From NCBI GenBank assembly GCA_963662585.1, contig OY759729.1:2048001-2112000 (forward strand): a DNA stretch of 64,000 nt, read 5' to 3'. The notes beneath the pieces were generated by a model. That model did not search any database, had not been told where the DNA came from, and saw only the letters and a list, made by a program, of their open reading frames with translations. The stretch's first letter is position 1, and the number at the start of each line of letters is the position of its first letter. The position numbers were made by a program, and so were the translations under genes. Of this stretch, positions 39,864 to 53,836 are shown in pieces. This stretch comes from Candidatus Cloacimonadales bacterium. GTDB lineage: Bacteria > Cloacimonadota > Cloacimonadia > Cloacimonadales > JAFGVF01.

Positions 39864-40727
39864 ATGAAAAAGTTACTTTTTTTGACCTTAATTACGGTTT
39901 TGTTTTTATCAGGTTGTGTGGAATACGGAATAATTATTAAAGTTAACAAAGATGGTTCAGGTGAGATAGTAGAAGATATGCTTCTATCTACTCAATTAGT
40001 GAATATGGCTAAAGCTTTCGGTTCTAATGATGAGGCTATTGACGCCTTTTCTCAAGAGAAGCATGAAAAGAAAGCTCCTCAATTTGGTGAGAATGTAGTT
40101 TTTGATTCATTCCAAGAGATTAATACAGAAGCAAAACAAGGCTATAAGGTAGTTTATAAATTTGATGATATCAATAAAATTAAATTATCTGAAGATATGT
40201 TTAGTGAAACTGTAGAGTCTTTAACTGATGATATAAAGATGGAAATGGACGATGATGATGATGAAGTAGAAGCAGAAGAAGATGAAATTAAAATAGATAA
40301 GTTTTTTACTTTTGACTATAATAAGAAAGGTAAATTAATTATTGAAAATGGTTTTAGCCAAGCAATAAAAGAAGCTCAAAAAAAGCATGAAGATAGCCTT
40401 GAAGGGAAAGAAGTAGAAGAAACTATAAACAAGATGGATGATGAAGATATTGAACAGACTATAGCCATGGCAAAAATGTTTGTTCAAGGAATGAAATTCT
40501 ACACAAAAATAGAGTTTAATTCTATTAAGGATGCTAATGTTCCTTTCGAAAATAATCAGATAACACTATTTGAAATAGATATGGATAAATTGATGAAAGA
40601 TACAGAAGCATTTAGTGAATTAATGAGAAATGGAGAGAATGAAGTCTCAAAATTCTTAAACAATGAAAAGAAGATTGACGGTATTACTTTTAATAACTTT
40701 GAAAAAATTACAGTTGATTTTAAATAG
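39864..40727 (+). CDS. Putative lipoprotein
   Basis: Lipobox FLSGC followed by IKVNKDGSG; acidic sequence. Confidence 0.7.
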   Translation: MKKLLFLTLITVLFLSGCVEYGIIIKVNKDGSGEIVEDMLLSTQLVNMAKAFGSNDEAIDAFSQEKHEKKAPQFGENVVFDSFQEINTEAKQGYKVVYKFDDINKIKLSEDMFSETVESLTDDIKMEMDDDDDEVEAEEDEIKIDKFFTFDYNKKGKLIIENGFSQAIKEAQKKHEDSLEGKEVEETINKMDDEDIEQTIAMAKMFVQGMKFYTKIEFNSIKDANVPFENNQITLFEIDMDKLMKDTEAFSELMRNGENEVSKFLNNEKKIDGITFNNFEKITVDFK

Positions 40728-40735
40728 GGGAAATA

Positions 40736-43153
40736 ATGAAAAAGTTCTTAATAATTACAATTTTAATATCAGCAATGACTGTTTTTGCAATGCCTGTAGA
40801 TTTTTATAACACTTCAGTTGCTGCACATGAAGATTTTCTTTCTGGATATGTTAATCCTGCAGCTTTAGGTACTACTAATAATAGTAGTTTTACCTTCCTG
40901 AAAAGTTATGAAGAAAAAGATTTTACAAGTCCTTATGCCTTAATATATAAAGAAAATGGTTTCTCTTATATGTTGGAAAGTGATCAAGGAACTTATCAAA
41001 CTATCGCAATGGGAGGGAACTTAGGGAAGAATAAAGTTCTTCGTAATTTTTATCTAGGTTCTTCTTGGGCTTGGAAATCTGGTTCTTTAGATAAGGGAGA
41101 TTTAGTAAACTCCTTGCTCTATAGACCAGCTAATCAAGTTTCTTTTGGCTATGTATTAACTCACCCAAATGATCTTAAGCCTCAGCATCGAAGTGGTATT
41201 GCAATCAGACCTTTTGCTTCTTCCAAAATGGGAGATGTGTTAGAGCTCACAACAGATATTGGTTGGGGAGATCGTAATGCTGAGAGAGGTTTTATCAAAC
41301 CAACAGTTGGAGTTAACACTAATTTCTTAGGTGGACTTTCTGTTGGTGCTAGCTATAATATTGAAGAAGAAGAAGTTGGTATAAGATTCAGCATGAGTAG
41401 TTTTAATGCTGTGATTGGTTCAATCTCTAACATCAAGAAACAAGATGATGACAGTAAGAAGAATATGGGTTATGGATTCGTTTCTCTAAACTCTGATATC
41501 ATGGGGATGATAAGTGGAACTGAAAGAAAGAAACTCTATGATTTAGATATCTCTGGAACTATCGTTGATGAAAATGTAAGTTTTGATCTTGGCTTTATTT
41601 CTCTCAAAATGGATGAAAACTCTACAATGTTAAACATTCTCAACAAGATAGAAAAGGCTAAAAAGGATCCTGAAATCACTGGCATTATCTTTAAAAATAA
41701 CAATTTTGGAGCTTCATTTGCTAAAAGACAAGAGCTTCTTACTGCCTTAAAAGAGTTTAAGAAAACAGGTAAGAAAATAGTGTTTTACTTTGAAAACATC
41801 TCTAATGCTAACTATGCTTTTGCAGCTAATATTGGTGATAAAATCTACCTTAATCCTGAGGGAATGGTAAATTTAGTTGGTATCGGTGGAGCAAGTCCTT
41901 ATATCAAAGGTATGCTAGATAAATTAAGTATTGATTTTTATAACTTTAGAAGTCATCCTTACAAAACTGCCGGTAATATGTTCTCAGAAGAAGAAATGAC
42001 ACCTCAAGAAAGAGAAGTGCTAGAAAGATTATACGGTGATATTTATGCTGAAATGGTGGAGATGATTAGAGAGGGAAGAGGTAATAAATTAGCTGGTGAA
42101 GTTGAAGATATTATTGATAATGGTCCATACTTTATCCCTAGTGAAGCTTTAGCTAAAGGACTTGTTGATGAGTTAGTAGAATGGCATGAACTAGATGCAA
42201 AACTTAAAGAAGAGTTTGCTACTAATAAAATTACTAAAGAAATTCCTCATAGAATTAAAGAAGATTGGTATTATCCTGGATTAGACAAAGTTGCTGTTAT
42301 CTACGCTTCAGGAAACATTGTTAGTGGTAAGGGCCAAGCTGGTAAGGTCATTGGCTCTGAAACAACAGCTAAAGCTATTCGCAAAGCTAGAAGAGATCCA
42401 GAAGTTAAGGGTATTATTCTCAGAGTTGATTCAGGTGGAGGTTCAGCTCTTGCTTCTCACATTATTGCTGAAGAGATCAGACTTTGCACAATTGGCAAAA
42501 ACAAGAAGCCTGTTATCGCTTTAATGTCTGGAGTTGCTGCTTCTGGTGGTTATTATATCTCTACTTGGGCAGATGAAATTATCGCAGAACCAACTACAAT
42601 TACAGGTTCAATTGGAGTTATAGGCTTAGTTCCAAACTTCGCTAGATTATCTAATCGTATTGGTGTAAATTGGTCTGAATTCAAGTTTGGTGAGAATTCT
42701 ACGCTTGGTAGTGCTACTCGCGAATGGACTTTAGACGAAAAAGAGATGTTTAAAAACTTTATCAAATCTTCTTATGATAGATTTGTAACAACAGTTGCAG
42801 ATAGTAGAGCTACTAGTTATGAAGAGATAAATAAGATTGCTATGGGTCAGGTCTGGACTGGTAATCAAGCTCTTAAAAATGGATTAGTAGATAAGTTAGG
42901 TGGTTTTGAAACAGCAGTTGAATCTATGAAAGCTAAATTAGCTAGTGGGAATGAAATTGAATTAGCTACTTATCATGCTAGTGATAAAGCTCAACTTGAA
43001 ATTGCTGTTAGTTCTCTTACTGCACCATTATTCTCTTGGTACAACAAGTCACTCATCAAGTCTCTTGTAGATATCGATAAAGAAATAGAAGTTTACTCAG
43101 GTGAAACAATTCTCTATAAAGCCCCATATTATTTCAATTCAATGAATGATTAA
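40736..43153 (+). CDS. sppA: Signal peptide peptidase SppA (protease IV) with an N-terminal extension
   Basis: Two S49 domains with YKTAG (Lys), RVDSGGGSA, AASGGYY (Ser), TITGSIGV and GQVWTG. About 250 extra residues at the N-terminus. Confidence 0.9.
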   Translation: MKKFLIITILISAMTVFAMPVDFYNTSVAAHEDFLSGYVNPAALGTTNNSSFTFLKSYEEKDFTSPYALIYKENGFSYMLESDQGTYQTIAMGGNLGKNKVLRNFYLGSSWAWKSGSLDKGDLVNSLLYRPANQVSFGYVLTHPNDLKPQHRSGIAIRPFASSKMGDVLELTTDIGWGDRNAERGFIKPTVGVNTNFLGGLSVGASYNIEEEEVGIRFSMSSFNAVIGSISNIKKQDDDSKKNMGYGFVSLNSDIMGMISGTERKKLYDLDISGTIVDENVSFDLGFISLKMDENSTMLNILNKIEKAKKDPEITGIIFKNNNFGASFAKRQELLTALKEFKKTGKKIVFYFENISNANYAFAANIGDKIYLNPEGMVNLVGIGGASPYIKGMLDKLSIDFYNFRSHPYKTAGNMFSEEEMTPQEREVLERLYGDIYAEMVEMIREGRGNKLAGEVEDIIDNGPYFIPSEALAKGLVDELVEWHELDAKLKEEFATNKITKEIPHRIKEDWYYPGLDKVAVIYASGNIVSGKGQAGKVIGSETTAKAIRKARRDPEVKGIILRVDSGGGSALASHIIAEEIRLCTIGKNKKPVIALMSGVAASGGYYISTWADEIIAEPTTITGSIGVIGLVPNFARLSNRIGVNWSEFKFGENSTLGSATREWTLDEKEMFKNFIKSSYDRFVTTVADSRATSYEEINKIAMGQVWTGNQALKNGLVDKLGGFETAVESMKAKLASGNEIELATYHASDKAQLEIAVSSLTAPLFSWYNKSLIKSLVDIDKEIEVYSGETILYKAPYYFNSMND

Positions 43154-43213
43154 ATAGTATAATGATTTATAATTAATAAATATTAATAGTTGTTAATTAT
43201 ATATAAAACAATA

Positions 43214-43250
43214 AAATAGCGGTTATGCCTGTCATCACCGCTATTTTTTT
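43214..43250 (+). terminator. Intrinsic terminator after sppA
   Basis: AAAATAGCGGT...ACCGCTATTTTTT. Confidence 0.7.
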
Positions 43251-43323
43251 CTTGCCAAATAATTTTATAATCGCTATTTTGCCATTGCTAGATAATCGGG
43301 GAAATAAATTACATAAAGGATAG

Positions 43324-45780
43324 TTGATGAAGCCAATCGATGAATTATTACTTGAGCTGACTTTATTTGATGGAGAGCAGGAAAATTTAGAGAAATTGAT
43401 AGTAGCCCTGTTAAAACAACTTGCTGAAGAACATCAAGTTGAAAGATGCTACTGTAAATTGTTTGATAATCATTCAATTTGTAATATATCTTATGAATGG
43501 CAAACTGATACTTGTAATCAACTTGAAAATCCTGTAGATTTGTTTAATTTCGGACATTATGAATGGGCTCTGAGTAAAATTAATAGTTTAGAAGTAACAG
43601 CTATTGAATCAGTATCTATGCTACCAGCTGACGCCCAAGCAGAGAGAGACTTTTTTCTGGATAACAATATTAAATCACTATTAATGATCCCAATTGAAAT
43701 TGAAGGTCATTTTGGAGGAATTGTTGGCTTTTCAACCTTCACAGCTGAAAGAAAGTGGCGTAAAGATGATATTGAAATTATTCAAAAGATCGCTCCAGTA
43801 TTAAAGCAGATAGTTCGTCCTAACTACAAAGCATCAATTGCTGAAAGACACTCAATTCCCAAAAGTTATAGTGGCTTGTCATCAATTAGTTATATCTGTG
43901 ATTTAAGAACCCTTGAATTTAAGTATATTACTCATTCTGCTTATGAACTTTTTGGATGTTATCCTAAAGATATCATCAATAAAAAGACTCTTTTCGACTA
44001 TTTTTCTAAAGAAAACAATATGCCCTTCTTTCAACAAATAACCAATTATTCTCCTTTAATAAACTATTCTTGCGATGTTAAGTTGAAAGAAAACATTAAC
44101 GGAATTGGCTGGCTCAGAAACAACTATAGAATATGTAATCATAATGGCAAAAACACCATTCAAGGCTTCTGTTACGATATTACTGATAAAAAACTACTAG
44201 ACCTAGAACATCGTAAGCATCGTGCTTTCCTTGAGAAGTTAATTGATAATATCCCAGTAGGTATTACAGTCAAAAACTGCCAGACAGAAAAATATGATAT
44301 TTGGAATAAAGAGATTGAAAAAATTACCGGAATTAGTAGCCAAACAGCCATTAATCATAGTGATGAAGAAATTTTTGGTTCGGAATTTCTCCAAAGGAAA
44401 CTTAGTAATGAAAAGAAAGTAAGAGAAACTTACTTAGAATGTGCTTGCGAAGAAGAAGAATTATTAGCTCAAGATGGTAGAAAGAGAATAATTAATAATA
44501 CAATAATTCCTATAGAATTCGATAATCGACTTGATTCAATTCTTAATGTTACTCAAGATGTTACTGATGTGGTAAATAAGAGAGTAGAACTTCAAGATGC
44601 AATAGCTAAAGCAGAAGAATCAGATAATCTTAAAACTCAGTTTCTTTCCAATATCTCCCATGAATTTAGAACACCTCTTAATGCTGTTTATGGTTTTTCG
44701 GAATTTCTTAAGAATAATAAGAGTATTTCAATTGAAGATAGGGATGAGTATTTAGCTCTAATTATGCATGGAGCCCAAAGATTAATTTCACTAATGGATA
44801 ATGTCATTAATGTTTCCAAAATTGAATCCAAAAATATCTCAGTTATTAATACTAAGTTCTCTCTGAGCAATATGCTTAATGAAATAGTAGAGCATTATCG
44901 ACTTGATATTGAAGATAAACAGAAAAATATTGAAATAAATCTTTTCGTCCCTCATCAATCAAAAGAAGTAATTTTTGAAAGTGATGAAACAAATATCAGA
45001 ACAATTTTTGATAACCTGTTAAATAATGCTATTAAATTCACTGAGAGCGGTACGATTGATGTAGGTTTCACTATTGATGCCAGCAAAAGTATTACTTTTA
45101 TGATTAGTGATACAGGAATCGGAATTGAAGATGATCAAAAACAAAATATCTTTGACCTCTTCCGACAAAGTAATGGCTCACATACTCGTGAGTTCGGAGG
45201 AATTGGAGTCGGATTAACAATCTCCCACAAAATAATTCTTTTGTTAGGAGGACAGATAACCTTAGATTCTGAAAAAGGGAAAGGTTCTACTTTTATTTTT
45301 ACAATTCCTGGTGGTGTTAGTGTTGTGGATTTAGCTGATACTAATAATCATAACTATTCTCATCAAGATATCTACTCAACTTCAGCTTTCTCTGAAAAAT
45401 GGACAGGTAAAAATATCTTAATTGTAGATGATACTATTCACATTATTAAGTTCTTCAAAGCCTTCTTTAAACATATAAAAGTGAATGTTGAATATGCCCA
45501 TAATGGGGTTGAGGCTGTGGAACGATGTCGTAATAATAATATTGATCTAATTCTCATGGATGTTCAGATGCCTAAGATGGATGGCTTAGAAGCTACTCAA
45601 AAGATTAGAGAATTCAATACCAAAATACCAATTATTGCCCAAACGGCCTATGCCTTTGATTCTGATAGAATGAAATTGCTGAAAGCAGGTTGTGATGATT
45701 ATATTACCAAGCCAATTAATAGAAGAGAATTGCTGTTTAAAATGGATAAATACTTTTGGGTAAAGAAAGAAGCTAAATAA
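43324..45780 (+). CDS. Cytoplasmic GAF/PAS hybrid sensor histidine kinase-response regulator
   Basis: GAF- and PAS-like N-terminus, H-box FLSNISHEFRTPLN, NAIKFT, DTGIGI and GIGVGL, then a receiver (ILIVDD, LMDVQMP, AQTA, TKPI). Confidence 0.92.
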   Translation: MMKPIDELLLELTLFDGEQENLEKLIVALLKQLAEEHQVERCYCKLFDNHSICNISYEWQTDTCNQLENPVDLFNFGHYEWALSKINSLEVTAIESVSMLPADAQAERDFFLDNNIKSLLMIPIEIEGHFGGIVGFSTFTAERKWRKDDIEIIQKIAPVLKQIVRPNYKASIAERHSIPKSYSGLSSISYICDLRTLEFKYITHSAYELFGCYPKDIINKKTLFDYFSKENNMPFFQQITNYSPLINYSCDVKLKENINGIGWLRNNYRICNHNGKNTIQGFCYDITDKKLLDLEHRKHRAFLEKLIDNIPVGITVKNCQTEKYDIWNKEIEKITGISSQTAINHSDEEIFGSEFLQRKLSNEKKVRETYLECACEEEELLAQDGRKRIINNTIIPIEFDNRLDSILNVTQDVTDVVNKRVELQDAIAKAEESDNLKTQFLSNISHEFRTPLNAVYGFSEFLKNNKSISIEDRDEYLALIMHGAQRLISLMDNVINVSKIESKNISVINTKFSLSNMLNEIVEHYRLDIEDKQKNIEINLFVPHQSKEVIFESDETNIRTIFDNLLNNAIKFTESGTIDVGFTIDASKSITFMISDTGIGIEDDQKQNIFDLFRQSNGSHTREFGGIGVGLTISHKIILLLGGQITLDSEKGKGSTFIFTIPGGVSVVDLADTNNHNYSHQDIYSTSAFSEKWTGKNILIVDDTIHIIKFFKAFFKHIKVNVEYAHNGVEAVERCRNNNIDLILMDVQMPKMDGLEATQKIREFNTKIPIIAQTAYAFDSDRMKLLKAGCDDYITKPINRRELLFKMDKYFWVKKEAK

Positions 45781-45824
45781 GAATAAAGGGAAGGGCTGAA
45801 TCAGCCCCTATAAATCCACTTTAT

Positions 45825-45959
45825 TTATGGTGTTGGTTGCTCTAATTTAAGACGAGACACTTGAGCTTCAAAAGTGTAGTCTATAGGAGCTTCGATAATT
45901 TTTTTAACTTTCTGAGCTCTTAAGATTCTCTTTTCTTTTTGTGTAAGTATCTTTTTCAT
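45825..45959 (-). CDS. Small basic hypothetical protein (44 aa)
   Basis: Hand translation MKKILTQKEKRILRAQKVKKIIEAPIDYTFEAQVSRLKLEQPTP*. AAGGAG RBS and TTGTCA-N16-TATAAT upstream on the minus strand; hairpin GGGCTGAATCAGCCC downstream. Confidence 0.6.
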   Translation of the reverse strand: MKKILTQKEKRILRAQKVKKIIEAPIDYTFEAQVSRLKLEQPTP

Positions 45960-46437
45960 AACACACTCTCCTTTTTATTAATTTTATATTCAACTACAGA
46001 TATATCTACAAATATATTATAATTAAAATCAGCATTTTGACAAATATAAATTAACTATTTATTAAAAAATCACATTAAATTAATAGCTAGTTAATATTGA
46101 TATAAATAAAGTTATCTTTGTCATAATTTAAGTGCTTTTCAAATTTTTATTAACTTAATAGTATAATTATAAGAATAAAACAATTTCCCCTAACTTATTA
46201 TTAATCAGTTATCTGTAACTATAATAAAATATGAATTTATCAGCAATATCTGTCAAGCCTTTTTTTGTCAGGAAAGTGCCTTGGCCTAATTAAATACTAC
46301 TTAACTATTTTTGTCTTTCCAATCCTCACTTACTACCCCTTCTTACTCATCTTAATAATTATCTGAAATTCTTATGGGATGTCAGTCTTGGAGCAAGGAA
46401 GGACCAGTGGAAAGTAGTTAAGAACTAAGAACTTGAT

Positions 46438-47160
46438 AAGACCTCTTCTGCCGGATTGCATGCACCTTGCATGCGACAAGATCTTTTAAATCCGCCTCGT
46501 GAGGGGGACACAGGGGGTGTTTTCTTCTATGGAGTGGAAGCATCTCAGCTTCCATTAACTGGGGTTACGGACCTTTAGTCCGTGAATCTTAAATTATGGA
46601 ATGGAAGCGTCCCTGCTTCCATCAGGCTGTATTTCAGCCTGCTCTTATCTTTTCTGGCGACGCGGAGGTCCCCAGTCCATAGGCCCCTGTTTCCATTAAC
46701 TGGGGTTACGGACCTTTAGTCCGTGAATCTTAAACTCCCCTCTTTAGTGCTGAAAGCACGCTAAAAGAGGGGTGGTTGCGCAGCAGCTCTTAACTGGGAA
46801 AGTGAGCATCCTGCTCGCACCACGCAGTAGCGTGGTAGATTAGCTTATTTCTGGGATTTCCTGAAATTTAAGCAGTTTAAACACTATTCATCTGCTACCT
46901 GGCAATTCACAGCGGAGAGAATCTCCACAATCCGACAGAAGAGGGATTATCATAATCTTAAACTCCTCTCATTATTGATTAACTGGGGTTACGGACTTTT
47001 AGTCCGTGAATCTTAAATTCCCCTCGTTAGTGCTGAAAGCGCGCTAAAAGAGGGGTGGCTGCGAAGCAGACGGGGTGTTTTAAATCCCCCTCCGTGAGGG
47101 GGACACAGGGGGTGTTCTCTTCTATGGAGTGGAAGCGTCTCTGCTTCCACATTAGACAAT
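46438..47160 (+). repeat. Second mosaic cluster of the same palindromic modules, upstream of the rRNA operon
   Basis: AACTGGGGTTACGGAC-TTTAGTCCGTGAATCTTAAA at 46557, 46698 and 46981; CCCCTC...GAGGGG modules at about 46730 and 47013; GGAAGC...GCTTCC modules; an inverted GCATGC module at 46441. Confidence 0.9.
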
Positions 47161-47489
47161 GCTTGTGATTCCATATTGAAAAATATCATCCCCTTATATA
47201 TATAAAGATATATAATACATTGAAAGGATCCAGTCTGGTTAAAATATGGGCCTATGGAATAGACCCCTGCTGTTTTTGATGTGGGTCTATAGCAATAATC
47301 CCCTACATTTTTTAGAAATTTTACTGTATTCAAAAACAAAACTAAACTTTAAAAGAAGATGAAAACTTAAAATATTAAAAAAAATATGAAAAAAGTTTCA
47401 TCCTAGTTAAATAACTATTTATCAGTTATTAAAAAAAGGCTAATGTCAAGGCCATTACTATAAAAAATTAAAAGAAATAAAAAAAGGTA

Positions 47490-47576
47490 TTGACAAGAAA
47501 GCAGCTTCCCATAGTTTAGCAAAACCAATGCACGGAAGCAACAAACTTCTCGGAACTTGGATTAGATCTTTGAATA
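47490..47576 (+). promoter_or_regulatory. rRNA operon promoter and boxA-like antitermination site
   Basis: A-rich UP region, TTGACA (47490)-N16-TAGTTT, a leader hairpin, then AGATCTTTGAATA (47564). Confidence 0.65.
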
Positions 47577-47650
47577 ATTTTTAAAATTAAAAAGTTATAG
47601 AGTGAATGAATGAAGTAAACTTGCGAGAGACAGGAACACGATTTATATAA

Positions 47651-49189
<1,539 letters not shown>

Positions 49190-49300
49190 TAAAGGAGAAA
49201 TAGTTTTTCGATAAGTTTACTTTTTCATTCTATAACAAATATATAATACTAAAATTTTACAGTAAATAGAGTGCAATAGAGTGTGTATAATTAATTTTTT

Positions 49301-52182
<2,882 letters not shown>

Positions 52183-52290
52183 AATATTTTTTATATACAC
52201 TCTATTATCTCTTACTGTATAGAAGCAGTAAAGAGAGAAGCACGAAATATACACGCAAGAATTTTAATAAACATTTTTGACAGGGGTCAA

Positions 52291-52408
52291 AGATGGTGGT
52301 AATAGCAGTGAGGATATACCTGTTCCCATTCCGAACACAGAAGTCAAGCTCACTCACGTCGATGATACTGCACTGGCAACGGTGTGGGAAAGTAGATAGC
52401 CGCCATCT
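52291..52408 (+). rRNA. rrf: 5S ribosomal RNA
   Basis: GATGGTGG...CCTGTTCCCATTCCGAACACAGAAGTCAAGC...GGGAAAGTAG...CCGCCATC, with an extended CAGGGGTCAAAG/CTTTGACCCCTG stem followed by a T tract. Confidence 0.97.
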
Positions 52409-52427
52409 TTGACCCCTGCTTTTTTAT

Positions 52428-53360
52428 TATGGAGTGGAGACCTCTTCTATGGTGTAGATGGAAGTCTCTGCTTCCACCCTGAAAAGACCATCTTTTCAGG
52501 AGATTCAAGAAAACAAGCTTTTCCATCTGCAGGCAGGGACGCCTACAGTCCATAGTAGACTTCTTCAGTCGGACGGTGGAGATTCTCTCCGCCATCTTCA
52601 GTCGTTAGACTGAAGATAATAATAATTTTCCAAGTTTCGCAATGTGTTATCAATAGCAGATTAAATTGTATCGTCCGAAGTCCCTTGCCTAGGGCCGAGG
52701 AACTCCGGTCTTCAGCTATTTATCACGAGAGTTGCACACGGAGTAGCGACTTCCGACAAAGCAGTCTTGAATTGTATAAAACAAATCCCTTTGCTTCGTA
52801 GGTGCGAAAATATACCAGTTATCATCTTAAACCTAAAAGCAAATCGATATTATCTTTCCATAATCTTCATTGCTATAAAATCAAAACCATTAGCACTTAG
52901 GGAGCGAATAACTACTACTTTATTTAAGGAGTGGATGCGTCTCTGCTTCCACATTAGATACTGGTATTTCTAGATTTTTAATCAGTTTAGAGACTATTCA
53001 TCTGCTACTTAGCAATTCACAGCGGAGAAAATCTCCACAATCCGACAGAAGAGGGATTATCACACTCTTAAATTCCCTTCTTTAGTGATTAACTGGGGTT
53101 ACGGACCTTTAGTCCGTGAATATTAAATTCCCCTCTTTAGTGCTGAAAGCACGATAAAAGAGGGGTGGCTGCGAAGCAGACGGGGTGTTTTCTACTATGG
53201 AGTGGAAGCGTCTCTGCTTCCACATTAGATACTAGGAGAGATTTTTAGATTATTAATCAGCTTAGACACTATTCATCTGTTACTTAGCAATTCACAGCGG
53301 AGAAAATCTCCACAATCCGACAGAAGAGGGATTATCACACTCTTAAATTCTCTTCTTTAG
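52428..53360 (+). repeat. Third mosaic cluster of palindromic modules, downstream of the rRNA operon
   Basis: Two copies of a block GGAGTGGA.GCGTCTCTGCTTCCACATTAGATACT...CACAGCGGAGAAAATCTCCACAATCCGACAGAAGAGGGATTATCACACTCTTAAATTC (about 52928 and 53199), with ACGGAC and CCCCTC modules between them. Confidence 0.9.
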
Positions 53361-53400
53361 ATGAAATACTTCAGGTTTGCCATCTTTGATCCCTGTTATT

Positions 53401-53554
53401 TCGTCCGAAGTCCCTTGCCTACGGCCGAGGAACTCCGGTCTTCAGCTATTTCTTTCGCCCGAAGTCCCTTGCCTACGGCCGAGGAACTCCGGTCTTCAGC
53501 TATTTATTTCGCCCGAAGTCCCTTGCCTAGGGCTGAGGAACTCGGTCTTCAGCT
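53401..53554 (+). repeat. Tandem 54-bp repeat (3 copies, plus a solo copy at 52671-52720)
   Basis: TCG(T/C)CCGAAGTCCCTTGCCTA(C/G)GGC(C/T)GAGGAACTC(C)GGTCTTCAGCT at 53401, 53455, 53509 and 52671. Confidence 0.92.
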
Positions 53555-53780
53555 TGTCCACTATCCGACAGAAGAGAAGCAGAGACGCTTTTACAAAAAT
53601 ATTTCTTGCTAGCATAAGATTAATCACATAAAATTATTTGCTTCAGAGGAGCAGTTTCTGCTAGTCTTGAATAGTTAAGACAAATCCCTTCACTCCGTAG
53701 ATGAGAAGACTTCTATTCACTAATTTCATCAATTACACAAAGAGGATAAGCAATTTGACAGAAGTAATTTTAATTGATTA

Positions 53781-53809
53781 TTGACAAAAATAGACAGTAA
53801 TATTTTAAT
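53781..53809 (+). promoter_or_regulatory. Sigma-70-type promoter of hutH
   Basis: TTGACA-N17-TTTAAT ending 27 bp before the start codon. Confidence 0.55.
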
Positions 53810-53836
53810 GAGAAAAAACAATAAATTGAGGTAAAG

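Noticed and set aside
47013..47339. 108-aa minus-strand ORF
   Set aside because: The C-terminal part is translated repeat sequence, and there is no convincing RBS or motif.
49190..49300. tRNA in the 16S-23S spacer
   Set aside because: The spacer is short and AT-rich, with no cloverleaf or GTTCRA T-arm.
53401..53554. CRISPR array or repeat-protein genes (ORFs 53361-53612 and 53377-53631)
   Set aside because: There are no unique spacers. The peptide repeats arise in two frames simply because the period is a multiple of 3.
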